From the human T2T-CHM13v2.0 reference genome, Homo sapiens: a DNA stretch of 64,000 bases. The notes under the pieces were generated by a model. The model saw only the letters and a program-made list of their open reading frames with translations, did not search any database and had not been told where the DNA came from. The translations under genes and the position numbers were made by a program. Every line of letters begins with the position of its first letter. Positions within the stretch are counted from its first letter, which is position 1. Where the stretch lies: the NCBI RefSeq assembly GCF_009914755.1, contig NC_060925.1; one strand, written 5' to 3'. Below, piece after piece: positions 21,881-33,907 of the stretch.

Positions 21881-22644
21881 TTTTGTGCTATAAACCTGCT
21901 TAAGAACACACCTTTCCCACTGAGAACACGCAGACTTCTTTCGAAGTCAGGATGACTACTTTACACTATATTACCACCAGCCCTCTATCAATTCATCATT
22001 CCTCATTTTCTGTTGCCTTTCATTTCTAGGGCACAGGCTTTGATATTTAAATTATTGTCTCGATTGGCAAGAAGCAATCATTTCTGCTGAAAGTGATCGC
22101 TTCCACAGAAGCACTAATAAAAACCCTTCCTTTTGACAAACCTCTTGTCCTATAAATCCATCCCATTCCCAAATTATGGAGCCTATATATAAAAAAAAGC
22201 CCATTCTCTGGGGAGCAACTGTCTCACCGACATAACACACTAAACTCTTTTCCCACTGTTTGTGAAAGTTGGAGGGGGAAAAAAAAAGAATCAGAGAAAG
22301 ACAGAAACTAATAGAGGCAATTCAGTTTCTGTTTAATTAATTCAGGATTATTTCACCTTCGTTTTGTCAAACTAATAATACACATGGTGAAATGTCAGTA
22401 AAAATTAAATTATAAACTACAGTAGCTCCAATGGGAAAACTGACCTTAGTTAGGTTGTATTTCCATCATACTTACCCTGGTAAGATACCAAATGCATTTT
22501 ACAGTATCCTACAAGCTTTCTATAATCTGCATGGCATGTATTTACAGAGCAATAGTTAACGTTTTGAGATTATACATTAATAAATAAGTTGCAGTTATAT
22601 TCTTTCCTGAATGTTAAGCACCATGAGCTAAATGCAGAAAACAT

Positions 22645-22653
22645 TCAAGGTCA
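22645..22653 (+). promoter_or_regulatory. Perfect ERR response element TCAAGGTCA
   Basis: Exact consensus about 4.8 kb upstream of exon 1. Function is untested. Confidence 0.45.
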
Positions 22654-23394
22654 ATGTCCCATTTTAGACCTTTTGAGGCAGCTGTAATATTATGATAATC
22701 AAGCTTAAAATATTCCTATAGAAAGAGTAAATTAGCCTTTTCACTTGAAAGATGATTATGATAAACAGTAAACCTAAGAGAGGACAAAATCCCTGTTTTT
22801 AAAAGCCATAAATTGTTGACTCAATCATGTGTGTGATAGTGTTGTCCAAAATAAAGGGTAGCTTAACTCTGAGAGGAAGGTGGCGGGGGCGGGTAGTGGA
22901 GATAGAGAAGCAGGGGGAAGTGGAACAAACATGACAGATTCCAGAATAAGCAATCCATGCTTTGATACCAGTAAAATGATCAAATTACCCATCCTAACCA
23001 CCCCATTCAACATATAATATATTTGAGTCTAAAAATATATATATCATAAAACATCAAAAAAAAGCACAATGTATTTTTTTCCTGACGTATATGGATGTTC
23101 AATACAAATTTAAAAGCTCCCTTTTCCTGTGGCTTGTGTTAATCCTTTTGTCCGAATTTTCAAAGGACTAGTAAAAAAAAAAAAAGTAAGATATTAACAT
23201 CTGGTATCCATATAAACAGGTTTAAAGAGTTATACTTTTTCTGATGTTTGAACTCTCTGACACACTTCTAAGATTTCTTTTTATAAATGACTATGTTTGA
23301 TAAGAGTCTCCTTCCCCCAACCAAGGCAAATTAATTAGAGGTGTGTGTTTGTCAGACCTGGAAGAAGGTTTTAGAGCAAGGGATTACAGGTCAT

Positions 23395-23750
23395 TCTGGA
23401 ACATGCCTTGGGTTCAGATTCCAATTATGAGGGATGAGGCTTTGTACTGGAGTCAGCTTCACCCATCTTAATCTCAGTTTCCTCAGCTACCAAATGGGAA
23501 TAACAATAACAATCTTATAGAATTTGTATGGGGATTAAGCAGGTTAAACCAATTTAGCACAATATCTGGCCCCAGTTTGGGGACCATATGATCCCGTGCG
23601 CTGAGGAAATTTTGGCTTGTGCCAGTTGTCCTAGCATAACAATTTACAGAAGCACCTTCTTACACCCTCAATAGTGCCCCCGTTTGGAGAATACATTTTA
23701 TTGTCATCCTACAATTAGTGAGCCTTCCATAAATGTTAGCTATATTATTT
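23395..23750 (+). mobile_element. MIR interrupted by MER94
   Basis: The MIR core ctcagtttcctcagctaccaaatggg and the 3' end ataaatgttagctatattatt are separated by the insertion. Confidence 0.7.
23577..23711 (-). mobile_element. MER94-like hAT-Blackjack MITE
   Basis: Degenerate TAGGGTGACCATA-type terminal inverted repeats, and internal similarity to the recalled MER94 consensus. Confidence 0.7.
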
Positions 23751-24329
23751 TTAAATCTTTAAAAATTATTTTACAAAATTTTAAAACTGAACAGAGAGAT
23801 GCAAGAGAAAGGCATTGTAATTCATTTGGCCTCCATCTCTGACTAGGAGTGGGAGATACTGGATACAGAAAAGAAAGTGAAGTGCAAGTATGTTACATTA
23901 TGAATTGCTTGCCATACTGCCACATATACATTGGCTGCATGTAATGAAAGGGAAAACTAAAAGATGTTCCCCTTAAAGTTACCATGATGTTTTCTGCGTG
24001 GGGATGAGGAAAACAGACTTGGGAAAGTTAACTGATTCTGCTGACTCTCCAGAGAATTCAATTGTACATTGTTTACCAGAAAGAAGGGGAGAGAGAAATT
24101 GCTTGTACTCCATTTCTCTTCCTTTAAGACACTTCTTCCACATCCCTCTACTCTAGCAGTTCAGTCAATAATGCTGTTGATTTTATTACTATCCCAAGCA
24201 CAAGCTCATTCACCTAGGAGCTCTTTTGATCAGATATCCCAAAAACTCAATTTCTTCACAAGGCTTTGCTCTTGTTACATTGAATGGCCACTAATCTATG
24301 GCAGCACATAAAGTCTGGGCAATGGGGAA

Positions 24330-24490
24330 TTACAGGCTGGGAAAGACCATAGGGATTATGAGTCCAGCTTGGTTACTTTACAGGTAAAGGAAATCAGGCT
24401 CAGAATGGTTAAGAGCCTTAACCCAGGTTACATACCTAGGTAGTAGGAAAGCTCCTATTAGAAAAGATTACATTTATCCCCTTTCCAGTG
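24330..24490 (-). mobile_element. MIR fragment
   Basis: tttacaggtaaaggaaatcaggctcagaatggttaag...cccaggttaca. Confidence 0.65.
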
Positions 24491-24682
24491 CTTCGTTAGC
24501 AACAAGCCACCAATGTTAGTGTCACAATTGTTGACACTATACTAGCGCATAGAACTCCGACAGAGATCTGACCTCTCTGAGGACACGTGTCCAGTAAAAG
24601 CCAAGGGAGTTCTGAACCTAAGAGATAAATATCCAAGTGTAAACCAAATGGTCCTCTACTTTCTCCAAAAGCTTAGAAAGGT

Positions 24683-24730
24683 AAAAAAAAAAAAAAAAAA
24701 GAAAGAAAAAGAAAGAAAGAAAGAAAAAAA
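24683..24730. repeat. poly(A)/(GAAA)n tract
   Basis: Read directly from the sequence. Confidence 0.9.
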
Positions 24731-25965
24731 GGTACATAGTTAAAAAGAATTGGGAATGTACTGGTAGAAATAAATTCTGTCTTCTCCCCAGCTAATTATT
24801 GTCCTTTTATAAGCACATTTTAACTATCATTTCCTTCAGGGATTCAGTTTTGTTAAATGGCCACACCTTTCCCTACTCTAAACTCTATCTGACTGTAATC
24901 TGTGAGCTGGGCTGGGCCTGACAGTATGCCCATGGCCAGTAATGGAACTCAAGACATATTCCTGTCAATGTTATAGGAACACAATGAATATGTCTTGGAT
25001 GAGTGAATGAATGAATGAACTAATGACCAATGCTATTACTCAGTTAATTATTCATTTTAAGGGAGGCTGCCAAATTTAATGAGATAATTCAAGCCAGGTA
25101 ACTAGAGTAATATAGGAAAAATTTAAGAGATAAGATGATTGGAAAAAATAGGTAAATGGTGAGGCGGAAAGTTGGTAGAAAAAGATAAAAAGAGGAAAAA
25201 AGGATTGAAGACAAGGCCTGCTCCATGCTATACTAAGGGGCACCAGCACTCCATCATCATTTATTCTTCTGATAGCTAAGAAGGAGCAATGTACAATGAT
25301 TGCTTCCTTCCTCTACTTTCTAATTTTCCATGTTTTGTAAATATTCATATTGACTAAGTATTGGATAATGAAAACAATTATTATTAAAACAAAAGCAAAC
25401 AAAGCTGCCATATCAGTACCTAAAACTGTGACCCTTCCCAGGGTAACATGGAAACATATTCTCATTTAATCTGACAGCAAGTGCTTTTAAAAATCATGAT
25501 CCCAGATATGTCCTGAACCCAAATATTTTTAAGTGTTCAAAAACGGTTCTTGTATGCAACATAAAAATTTCTGTATTAAGGATTTTAAGTACTTTTCATT
25601 ATCTAAAGATTTATTTGGTTAAATGTTGACAAGGATCCCATGAAGAATGGTCACAGAGTTCCTATTTCTATGAGATGTATGACTGGAGCAGCAGTGAACA
25701 CTGAATACTTTCAGTGGGAAGGTGGATTTTTCCTCTTATGGGGAGAGGAAGAAGGGAATTAATCAGCAGAAAAAGACAAAGGTCTTACTTTTAGGCCGCT
25801 GTTTACCTCTCTTTACTCCTTGCAATTTTTAAAACAAGACCTGTGTGTTTTGCTTGATGATTTCATTGCAAGAGCAAGGCCCTGATGAGAACATATCACA
25901 TTCTAGAGAGCCAACTGTTATCTCTAGAAAACCACATTTTGGATGCAAAAGAGAGTAAGATTCCC

Positions 25966-26056
25966 TGGTTCAATTATTACACATTCATATGTATGTATCA
26001 AAACTCAATACGTACCCCCAAAATATGTACAACTATTATGTATCAATTTTAAAAAG
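25966..26056 (+). mobile_element. Old L1M (L1MA-like) extreme 3' end
   Basis: gtatcaaaactcaatacgtacccccaaaatatgtacaactattatgtatcaattttaaaaa. Confidence 0.75.
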
Positions 26057-26469
26057 AGTGAGACAAAGAATTCCTTTCCCATTTCCGTGGTAGATTAAAT
26101 TACCAGGAATGGTGATGGGGGAGGGGCATGAGGCCTGTACTCAGGACATTGAAATCCTGGGGCTGTTATCTCACCTACAGTTTGTAACTAAGTGCACAGC
26201 TATTTGGATAACGAAAGTTTATCCAATCAAACTGTGTTACCGAAAAGCAAGAGTTCAGTTACCAGTTGAATTCGGAAACTAAATAAATCAAAGACCATTT
26301 TCATTAGTGAGAATAGACATGGATTAATTCATCCTTCGATAAATCAGAACGTTAAACAAAGAATTGAAATTTAACAAAGAAATTTTTTTTTAATTTTTAT
26401 ATGTTTAAAATATGGACAGAAAAGTTAGCTGTTTAGAACATTTAAAAATTCTAATTAAGAAGTGGAATA

Positions 26470-26536
26470 AAAAAAGAAAATAAAAAATAAAAAAAGAAAA
26501 TAAAAAAAAGAAAGGTTTTGTCAACATAAAAAAAAA
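26470..26536 (+). mobile_element. Short A-rich retroposed insert with a 13-bp TSD
   Basis: aagaagtggaata at 26457-26469 and 26537-26549, preceded by TT. The insert ends in poly(A). Confidence 0.75.
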
Positions 26537-26589
26537 AAGAAGTGGAATACCCAATATTTTTGCTATAATTTAACATTAACAAGGCAATT

Positions 26590-26720
26590 TCACACGTGCT
26601 CCTTTTGTTCCTCACAACAACTTGCTGTAGCAGGTAGAAACTTCATCATTATTATATTATCATCCCCATTTTATAGATGACACTGAGATTCAAAGAGTTT
26701 GTTGATTGCCCAACAGCACT
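26590..26720 (-). mobile_element. MIR
   Basis: attatcatccccattttatagatgacactgagattcaaagag. Confidence 0.75.
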
Positions 26721-26760
26721 CAGTTTTCATGCTGCAAAGTTGACATCTGGATTTATTGAT

Positions 26761-27002
26761 TTTTTTTTTTTTTTTAACAGAGACTTACTGTGTCGCCCAG
26801 GCTGGTGTGCAGTGGCACAATCTCAGCTCCCTGCAAACTCCACCTCCCGGATTCAAGCTATTCTCTTGCCTCGGCCTCCAGAGTAGCTGAGACTACAGGT
26901 GCCCACCACCACACCCGGCTAATTTTTGTATTTATAGTAGAGACGGGATTTCACCATGTTGGACAGGCTGGTCTCGAATGCCTGACCTCAGCTGATCTGC
27001 CC
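26761..27002 (-). mobile_element. AluS lacking its 5' end
   Basis: Poly-T, the right arm, the linker and a partial left arm ending at gatctgccc. Confidence 0.93.
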
Positions 27003-27035
27003 TACTAGTGAAAATGTACAATACGAAAAGGAAAC

Positions 27036-27227
27036 CACTGGGCATGGTGGCGTGCACATGTAGTCCCAGCTACTCCGGAGGCTAAGGGAGGAGGATTGCT
27101 GGAGTCCAGCAGTTCAAGGCATCAGTGATCAATGATCAATGATCAATGATCACACCTGTCTATGAATAGCCACTGAACTCCAGCCTGCAAACATAGTGGA
27201 ACTCCATCTCTAAAATTAAAAAAAAAA
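27036..27227 (+). mobile_element. FAM (fossil Alu monomer)
   Basis: A monomer retaining the 7SL-derived tgaatagccactgaactccagcctg segment diagnostic of FAM, with an A tail. Confidence 0.85.
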
Positions 27228-28086
27228 GGGGGGGGGAGGAGGGGGACTCTTGTGGTCTCAATAATTTCCCTTCTCTGTCAGGAATTTTACTCTGGTTAGG
27301 CATAGCTCCAAATTGACTGCTTTCTCTTTCCCAAGTTTCCCAGCCATACAACCACAGCAAAATTCTAGGATATCTGAGCTAAGGAACCAAGAGACTTAAA
27401 GAGGAGCAAAATCATTCCTCATTAAGACAGAAGCAACAATAATCCAAAAAAAAAAAAATTCAACTTTAAAACTACCATATTTGCTTACAGTTTTTCAAAG
27501 ATTCCCTTGTTAATAAAATAGAACTATGATCAACCCATACAACATAACAGCTTTCAAACATTCGTGTTTTCTTCAGAATTATTCTGTTTCATCTCCATAA
27601 TTTTGCTAGCCTGCAGTATAAGGGCATTTTTTTTTTTTTTTGTCACACTACCAGGTGCTTTGGGGCCTGGGTATGTTACTGCTAAGAAGATCTTGGGAGA
27701 AAACAGGGCCACATGTTGCTTTCCCTATTAGCAAAGATGCTTAAATAAGACAATATTAGCTTTAAAGGGCTGTTTTTGTGGTGAGAGCTTTCTAGTACTG
27801 CCCACGTTCTGCCCCAACATTGACTTCATTGCCGTCATTGAGCAGTTAAATCTATTCAATTATTCAATCCTAATCAATATTTCAAGATGTAAAGAAAGTA
27901 AATGTAAATATTTTGTTTATTTTTACCATACTTAATTCATGTGCTCTTATTGGAGGAGAAAGTTACATATTTATAAATAAACCATTGCAAAAAAAGCGGT
28001 GGGTTCCTTTTCTTGTAATACTGGCTCTCATTTAGTCAGCTACAATATTTAGCAACACAATCCACAGGGTAGATAAAACACTCTCA

Positions 28087-28387
28087 GTCTGGGCGCAGTG
28101 GCTCACACCTGTAATCCCAGCACTCTGGGAGCCTGAGGGGGGCGGATCACCTGAAGTCAGGAGTTCGAGACCAGCTTGACAAACATAGCAAAACCCCGTC
28201 TCTACTAAAAATACAAAATTAGCCAGGTGTGGTGGTGGGTGCCTGTAATCTTAGCTATTGGGAGGTTGAGGCAGGAGAATTGCCTGAACCAGGGAGGCAG
28301 AGGTTGGTGGAGGTCGCGCCACTGCACTCCAGCCCGGTCAACAGAGCAACAGAGCAAGACTCTGTAAAAAAAAAAAAAAAAAAAAAA
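28087..28387 (+). mobile_element. AluS (Sx/Sz-like)
   Basis: Full dimer with a poly(A) tail. Confidence 0.96.
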
Positions 28388-28399
28388 CTCACCTTCAAG

Positions 28400-28636
28400 T
28401 GTTCCCTTTGGGAAGCCTTCCTGAAGGGGCACCAGGCAGAATCAATGGCCCTCTCCTCTGTGTCCTATCATGCTTTGCGCTTACTGGTCTAAATGGTTTG
28501 TGTCAAGGTAGATTGTCCTTATGTGTCTCTGCCTTCCATTGAGTAAACTTCTTGATGGCCTTTAATCCTCTGCACTGTGCCTAGCACTGATATCTAGACA
28601 TTTTAGACTCTCAACAAATATCTGCCAAATAAATTC
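28400..28636 (+). mobile_element. L2 3' fragment
   Basis: gcctagcactgatatctagacatt...ctcaacaaatatctgccaaataaat. Confidence 0.6.
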
Positions 28637-28665
28637 CTGATTTTGGCAAAAATGTTCACACTCAT

Positions 28666-29086
28666 TGATATGGTTTGGCTATTTTGTCTCCTCCAAATCT
28701 CATATTGAAATATGACCTTCAGTGTTGGAGGCGGGCCTAGTGGGAGGTGTTCGGGTCATGAGGGCAGATCTGTCAGGAATGGCTTGGTGCTGTCCTCGCA
28801 GTGATGAGTGTGTTCTCACTCTGGTAGTTCACTAGAAAGCTGGATGTTTAAAATTTAAAAGTGTGTAGCACCTCTCCCCTCTCTTTTGCTCCCTATCCCA
28901 CCATGTGATATGCCTCTGCCCCTTCACCTTCCGCCATGATTATAAGCTTCCTGGAGCTTCACCAGAAGCAGATGTTGGCACTTATGCTTCTTGTACAGTC
29001 TGTAGTGAACAAAATAAACCGCTTTTCTTTATAAATTACCCAGTCTCAGGTCTTTCTTTATAGCAATGCAGCAATAGACTAACGTA
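28666..29086 (+). mobile_element. MaLR solo LTR (MSTB/MSTB1-like)
   Basis: Starts tgatatggtttgg, ends gactaacgta, and has an internal aataaa. A 5-bp TSD ctcat lies at 28661-28665 and 29087-29091. Confidence 0.92.
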
Positions 29087-29245
29087 CTCATACAACTTGA
29101 GTTTTTTAAAAATGAGTTTCAATGTTTCTTTGAAGAAATTTTGTCAGTATTTTAATGGGGCTAATATATTTACCCTTTCAAAATTAGCTACTCATTAAAT
29201 GAAACATTTTGACTTATGAATTTCCCCCCTCTACCCTGTAAATAA

Positions 29246-29585
<340 letters not shown>

Positions 29586-29589
29586 TCAT

Positions 29590-29886
29590 TGTTTTTTTGT
29601 TTTTGAGACAGGGTCTGGCTCTGTCACCCAGGCTGGAGTGCAGTGATGAGATCATAGCTCACTGCACCCTCAAACTCCTGTGCTCAAGTGATCCTTCTGC
29701 CTCAGCCTCCTGAGTAACTGGGTGTGTGCCACCATACCCAGCTAATTAAAAAAAAAAAAAATTGTTTGTAGAGATAGGGTCTTGTTTTGTTGCCCAGGCT
29801 GGTTTCAAGCTTCTGGCCTCAAGGGATCCTCCAGCCTCAGCCTCCCAAATTGCTGGGATTACAGGCGTGAGCCACCACACCTGGCC
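29590..29886 (-). mobile_element. AluJ
   Basis: Reverse dimer with J-type positions (gagacagggtct, atcatagctcactgc). Confidence 0.93.
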
Positions 29887-30077
29887 CATCTTTTTCTTAA
29901 GACAAGGTTGTGCAGCAATGGCAAATCCCTGCCCTGCCTCCACCTCTGTCACCCATGAGAGAACCTCTAGAACAATTATTCACTAGTTTTCAATCTTTAA
30001 CATTACATTTATAAATAAATCTACATACTTATGTGACCCTGACTGGTCTCAATTAATTAACTTACTTAAAAATTTCA

Positions 30078-30400
30078 GGCTGGGAGTGGTGGTTCATGCC
30101 TGTAATCCCAGCACTTTGGGAGACCAAGGTGGGTGGATCATGAGGTCAGGAGTTCAAGATCAGCCTGGCCAAGATGGTGAAACCCCGTCTCTACTAAAAA
30201 TACAAAAATTAGCCAGGCATGGTGGTGCACCCCTGTAATCCCAACTACTCGGGAGGCTGAGGCCGAGAATTGCTTGAACCTAGGAAGCAGAGGTTGCAGG
30301 GAGCTGAGATCACACCACTGCACTCCAGCCTAGGCGACAGAGCAATACTCCCCATCTCAAAAAAAAAATATATATATATATATATACACACATACATATA
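30078..30400 (+). mobile_element. AluS (Sg-like) with an (AT)n tail
   Basis: Full dimer with the gatcatgagg 2-bp deletion. The tail has turned into a TA/CA repeat. Confidence 0.95.
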
Positions 30401-30554
30401 TTTGCTTTCCTGGGTCACTATACTCACCTTCACTTGAGAAAGATGAGAACAGGGGGGGAGTTTCCCAAATGCCCATTCCTAGGGTATTAATGAGTAACCT
30501 TTCTAGACCCTATGATCCATCCAAAATATGGTGCTTCTAAGGAGTTAAGGACTA

Positions 30555-30860
30555 TTTTTTTTTTTTTTTTTTTTTTTTGAGACAGAGTCTCGCTCTGTCG
30601 CTCAGGCTGGAGTGCAGTGGCGCTGTCTCTACTCACTGCAAGCTCCGCCTCCCGGTTTCACGCCATTCTCCTGCCTCAGCCTCTCCGAGTAGCTGGGACT
30701 ACAGCCGTCCGCCACCACGCCCGGCTAATTTTTTGTATTTTTAGTAGAGACGGGGTTTCACCGTGTTAGCCAGGATGGTCTCGATCTGCGGACCTCGTGA
30801 TCCACCCGCCTCGGCCTCCCAAAGTGCTGGGATTACAGGCGTGAGCCACCATGCCTGGCC
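30555..30860 (-). mobile_element. AluY
   Basis: Y diagnostics (gcaagctccgcc, cgccattctc, gtgttagccaggatgg) and CpG-rich. TSD gttaaggactatttt at 30544-30558 and 30861-30875. Confidence 0.96.
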
Positions 30861-30900
30861 GTTAAGGACTATTTTAACTGTGATATTTATCCCCTCAAGT

Positions 30901-30908
30901 TGACGTCA
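30901..30908. promoter_or_regulatory. Full palindromic CRE TGACGTCA
   Basis: Exact match. Function is untested. Confidence 0.35.
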
Positions 30909-31069
30909 CACTGAATTTTAGGGTCAGAGTAAAAATACCATCTCTGAAGCTCCCCTCTTTCTCAGAGAAGCAAGATGTGGTAGAAAGAACAGTTGAGGAA
31001 GAATGGTTTTTGGTCATCTGTACCCTTGCGCTAGCTGCTGCATTTCGCTGGGCTTCAGTGAACAAGAGG

Positions 31070-31250
31070 GAACCGGTGCAGAGATTCCAGACCAGCAGAA
31101 TCTCCATCAAGTAGAAGCTGGTTGAAAACACAAATGATTAGGCTCCACCCCTGACCTACTGGGTCAGAAACTCTGGGGTTAGATCCCAGCAGTCTGTGTT
31201 TTAACAAGCTCTCCAGGTCATTCTGGGACATGCCAAGATGTGAGAATAGG
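31070..31250. mobile_element. MER5A (hAT-Charlie MITE)
   Basis: gacctactgggtcagaaactctgggg...tctgtgttttaacaagctctccaggt. Confidence 0.8.
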
Positions 31251-31659
31251 ATCTCTATAGACCTGTTTCCCTCTAAAGGTCTACAGTTTCATCATCAGGA
31301 ACAGAGCTTTTATTAAAAATAAATGGCTCAGAATTCGCTTTGTTATTCATATATTCTCCACCCCCAGCCCCTACGTTTTTTAAACTTCATGTTTCAACAC
31401 ATTGAGTCTTAAAAATCAAATCCTGCAACAAGAAATACCAAATAAATTAATAAATAAAGTGATGCTGGCTGCTACGGCTCAGTTTACAGAGAGGAATGTG
31501 GTCCTTGAACTTTTAAAAACTCTAAATTCAGTTCTTTCTCTGGCTAGTATATGTCTCATGGTTCACTCAGCTGCATCTGCTTCAAAGTTTGAAGCAAAAG
31601 CCTTAAAATTGGTGGAGACAGATATGGTGACCAGAAGAGCTGCAGACAGTGGTTCACCC

Positions 31660-31810
31660 TTGTTTTGAGCCTGGCTTCTGCTATTCTTTAGCTGGTAGAC
31701 AGGTGGGCTGGTGGGTTAAAGTCTTGTATGTCTCAGTTTCCTCATTTTTAACATGGTGATGACTCCAATCTCATATTGTTGCTAAGGGGATTAAATGAAA
31801 TGGTCTATAT
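31660..31810 (+). mobile_element. MIR
   Basis: ctcagtttcctcattttta...ggattaaatga. Confidence 0.7.
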
Positions 31811-31814
31811 ATAG

Positions 31815-31952
31815 CATTGGTTTCAACCTTTGAAAAATTCCAATCCTCAGGCCTCACCCCAGCCAATTAATTTAAAATCTTTGGCATCAGGAGTTTTGAA
31901 GGCTCCCAGGTGAATTCAATATGCTGCCAAAGTAGCAACTGAGACCCACTGC
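31815..31952. mobile_element. MER5-family MITE
   Basis: caggcctcaccccag...ctcccaggtgaattcaatatg...gagacccactg. Confidence 0.65.
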
Positions 31953-32029
31953 TAAATTACTTAGCCCAGGTCCTGGAATCATTATTTTACCATTATTGAA
32001 CCGTGTAAAGGAAGTGTATGTAAAAGCAT

Positions 32030-32230
32030 AAACTTTGATATCAGATGGCCTCGTCTTAATCCTGGCTGTACAGACTGTTGGCTGTGTGACCTTGGGCAAG
32101 TACCTGAATTATTGGTTTTATCATCTGTTAAGAACAACAATTAGCAAGAAGGGATTAAAAAAAAAAAACAATAAACTTATCTGCTTACTCAGTAAGATTG
32201 TTATGAAAACAAATAAGATAACATAAATCC
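32030..32230 (+). mobile_element. MIR
   Basis: gctgtgtgaccttgggcaagtac. Confidence 0.8.
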
Positions 32231-32444
32231 AAGCTCACTGTGAATGATGCAAGTATAAGAAAATATTCGTCCTTACATACAGCCCACAAAAACTATCAGT
32301 GGCTTGTGTTAGATGCCAATCACTAAATGCAAGTGACTTCCAGACCTTCACTAGTTCTGCAGATGAGACATCACTTTTTTTTTTTTTTTTTTTTTGGTCA
32401 TGCTAATACCCCAAATCTCAACAGTGATCATAGGATGAGATAAT

Positions 32445-32585
32445 CTGGTTCCACTTTGGAATCACCTGGAGACTTTTTAAAAGTACAGCTGCCTGGGTCT
32501 CACCCAGTGAAAATCTCTGAGGGTGGGGTCCATACAGTGGTATTTTTGGGATAAGATCTACTGGGGTTTCAAACTGCAGCCAACA
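32445..32585. mobile_element. MER5-family MITE
   Basis: ttggaatcacctggagactttttaaaagtacagctgcctgggtctcaccc. Confidence 0.7.
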
Positions 32586-33202
32586 TTAAAAAGAAGGAAA
32601 AAGGTGAAGTTAACTGCTGAGGAAGGGGCTTAGGGTAAAGTGAAGACCATCTGTGGACTCCAGCTTTTGTAGTGACACAATGCTGAGAAACCAAATTTCC
32701 AGGGATCCATCAGTTTATGAAACTTTACTAAAATAAGTCCTATACTGCCAAGCAACTAAGGAGAAAAAAGTGAACCATAAAATGCTTATCAATGAAGAGC
32801 TGAGTATAATGTAAAAATCTATTCTAAATACTATGCTTCAGAGTAAAAACAGATGTGAAATGGTTAAACAAAATCTGTGGTATCATAAGGCAATAAAATT
32901 TAGTTGCTTTTCATTTTCTTCCTTATATTCTTATGTATTGTTTAGATAATTTTACAATGAATGCAGATTATTTATTTAACAGAAAATAACAGTCAAACAG
33001 AATGTAGTAAGGGGAAAAAGTGGATTAAGTAGGGGAAAAGTATGAAATGGTGAGACAGTAAAATAAATGCCAGAGCTGAGAAAGATGAAGCAGCGTGCAC
33101 TTATAAACAAAAAAAATTCTAGGACTCTCAAAACACTGGCAGATTCCTGAATACATGCTAATGTTTCACTTCTCTCTGCCTAGCAAAATCTTACTTATCC
33201 TT

Positions 33203-33394
33203 TTTAAAAATTTTATTTGTTATTTATTTACTTATGAGACAGGGTCTCACTCTGTCACCCAGGCCTGTCACCCAAACTGGAGTGCAGTGGTGCAATCATA
33301 GCTTTCTGCAGCTTCAAACTTCTGGCCTGAAGTGATCTACCACCTTAGCCTCTCAAAGCACTGGGATTACAGGTATGTCCCACTGCAACCAGCC
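33203..33394 (-). mobile_element. Alu monomer (FRAM/AluJ-derived) inserted in an L2
   Basis: A single arm with an internal ctgtcaccca duplication. TSD tacttatcctt at 33192-33202 and 33397-33407. Confidence 0.85.
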
Positions 33395-33907
33395 CCTACT
33401 TATCCTTAATACTTAGTTTACCTTGGAGCGGAGGTCAGGGGAGGCTCCCAGTAGAATAGAGACCTCAGCATCCCTCTATCATCTCAACTAACCAAATGCT
33501 ATTAATGTTTTCTTCGTATTTATCTGATTCTCCCATGACTGTAAGCCTCTTGAGAGTAAAACTGCATCCTGTTTATCTTTATAAATAATCCCGACACTGA
33601 GAGACAAGTGCATAAAAGGTATCTCCAAAGATTCATTAAAGTGAAAAAAAAAAAAAAGTTCCCCAGCTGTGGGAAACAGGCAGAATAAGATGTGATATAA
33701 ACATAGTTCTACATAAGCTATTTTTTAAATAAAAACAAAACAAAGACAACTCCTACACATAAACTATCTTCTGTGATCTTTTGGACTTTCTATTTGAGGT
33801 TAACAGTGAAGAGCTGCCAATGCTCATTGCTCAGTGGGTTTAACTGATAGGTGCTCTAAAAATGCAAATCATTTGATCGTCTGATGACTGGTATGTAGAG
33901 TTTATAC

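Noticed and set aside
32087-32095. CCAAGGTCA/TNAAGGTCA-type sites inside old repeats (also about 61491, 54176 and 63862)
   Set aside because: These are part of the MIR consensus or isolated degenerate matches, with low specificity and no context.
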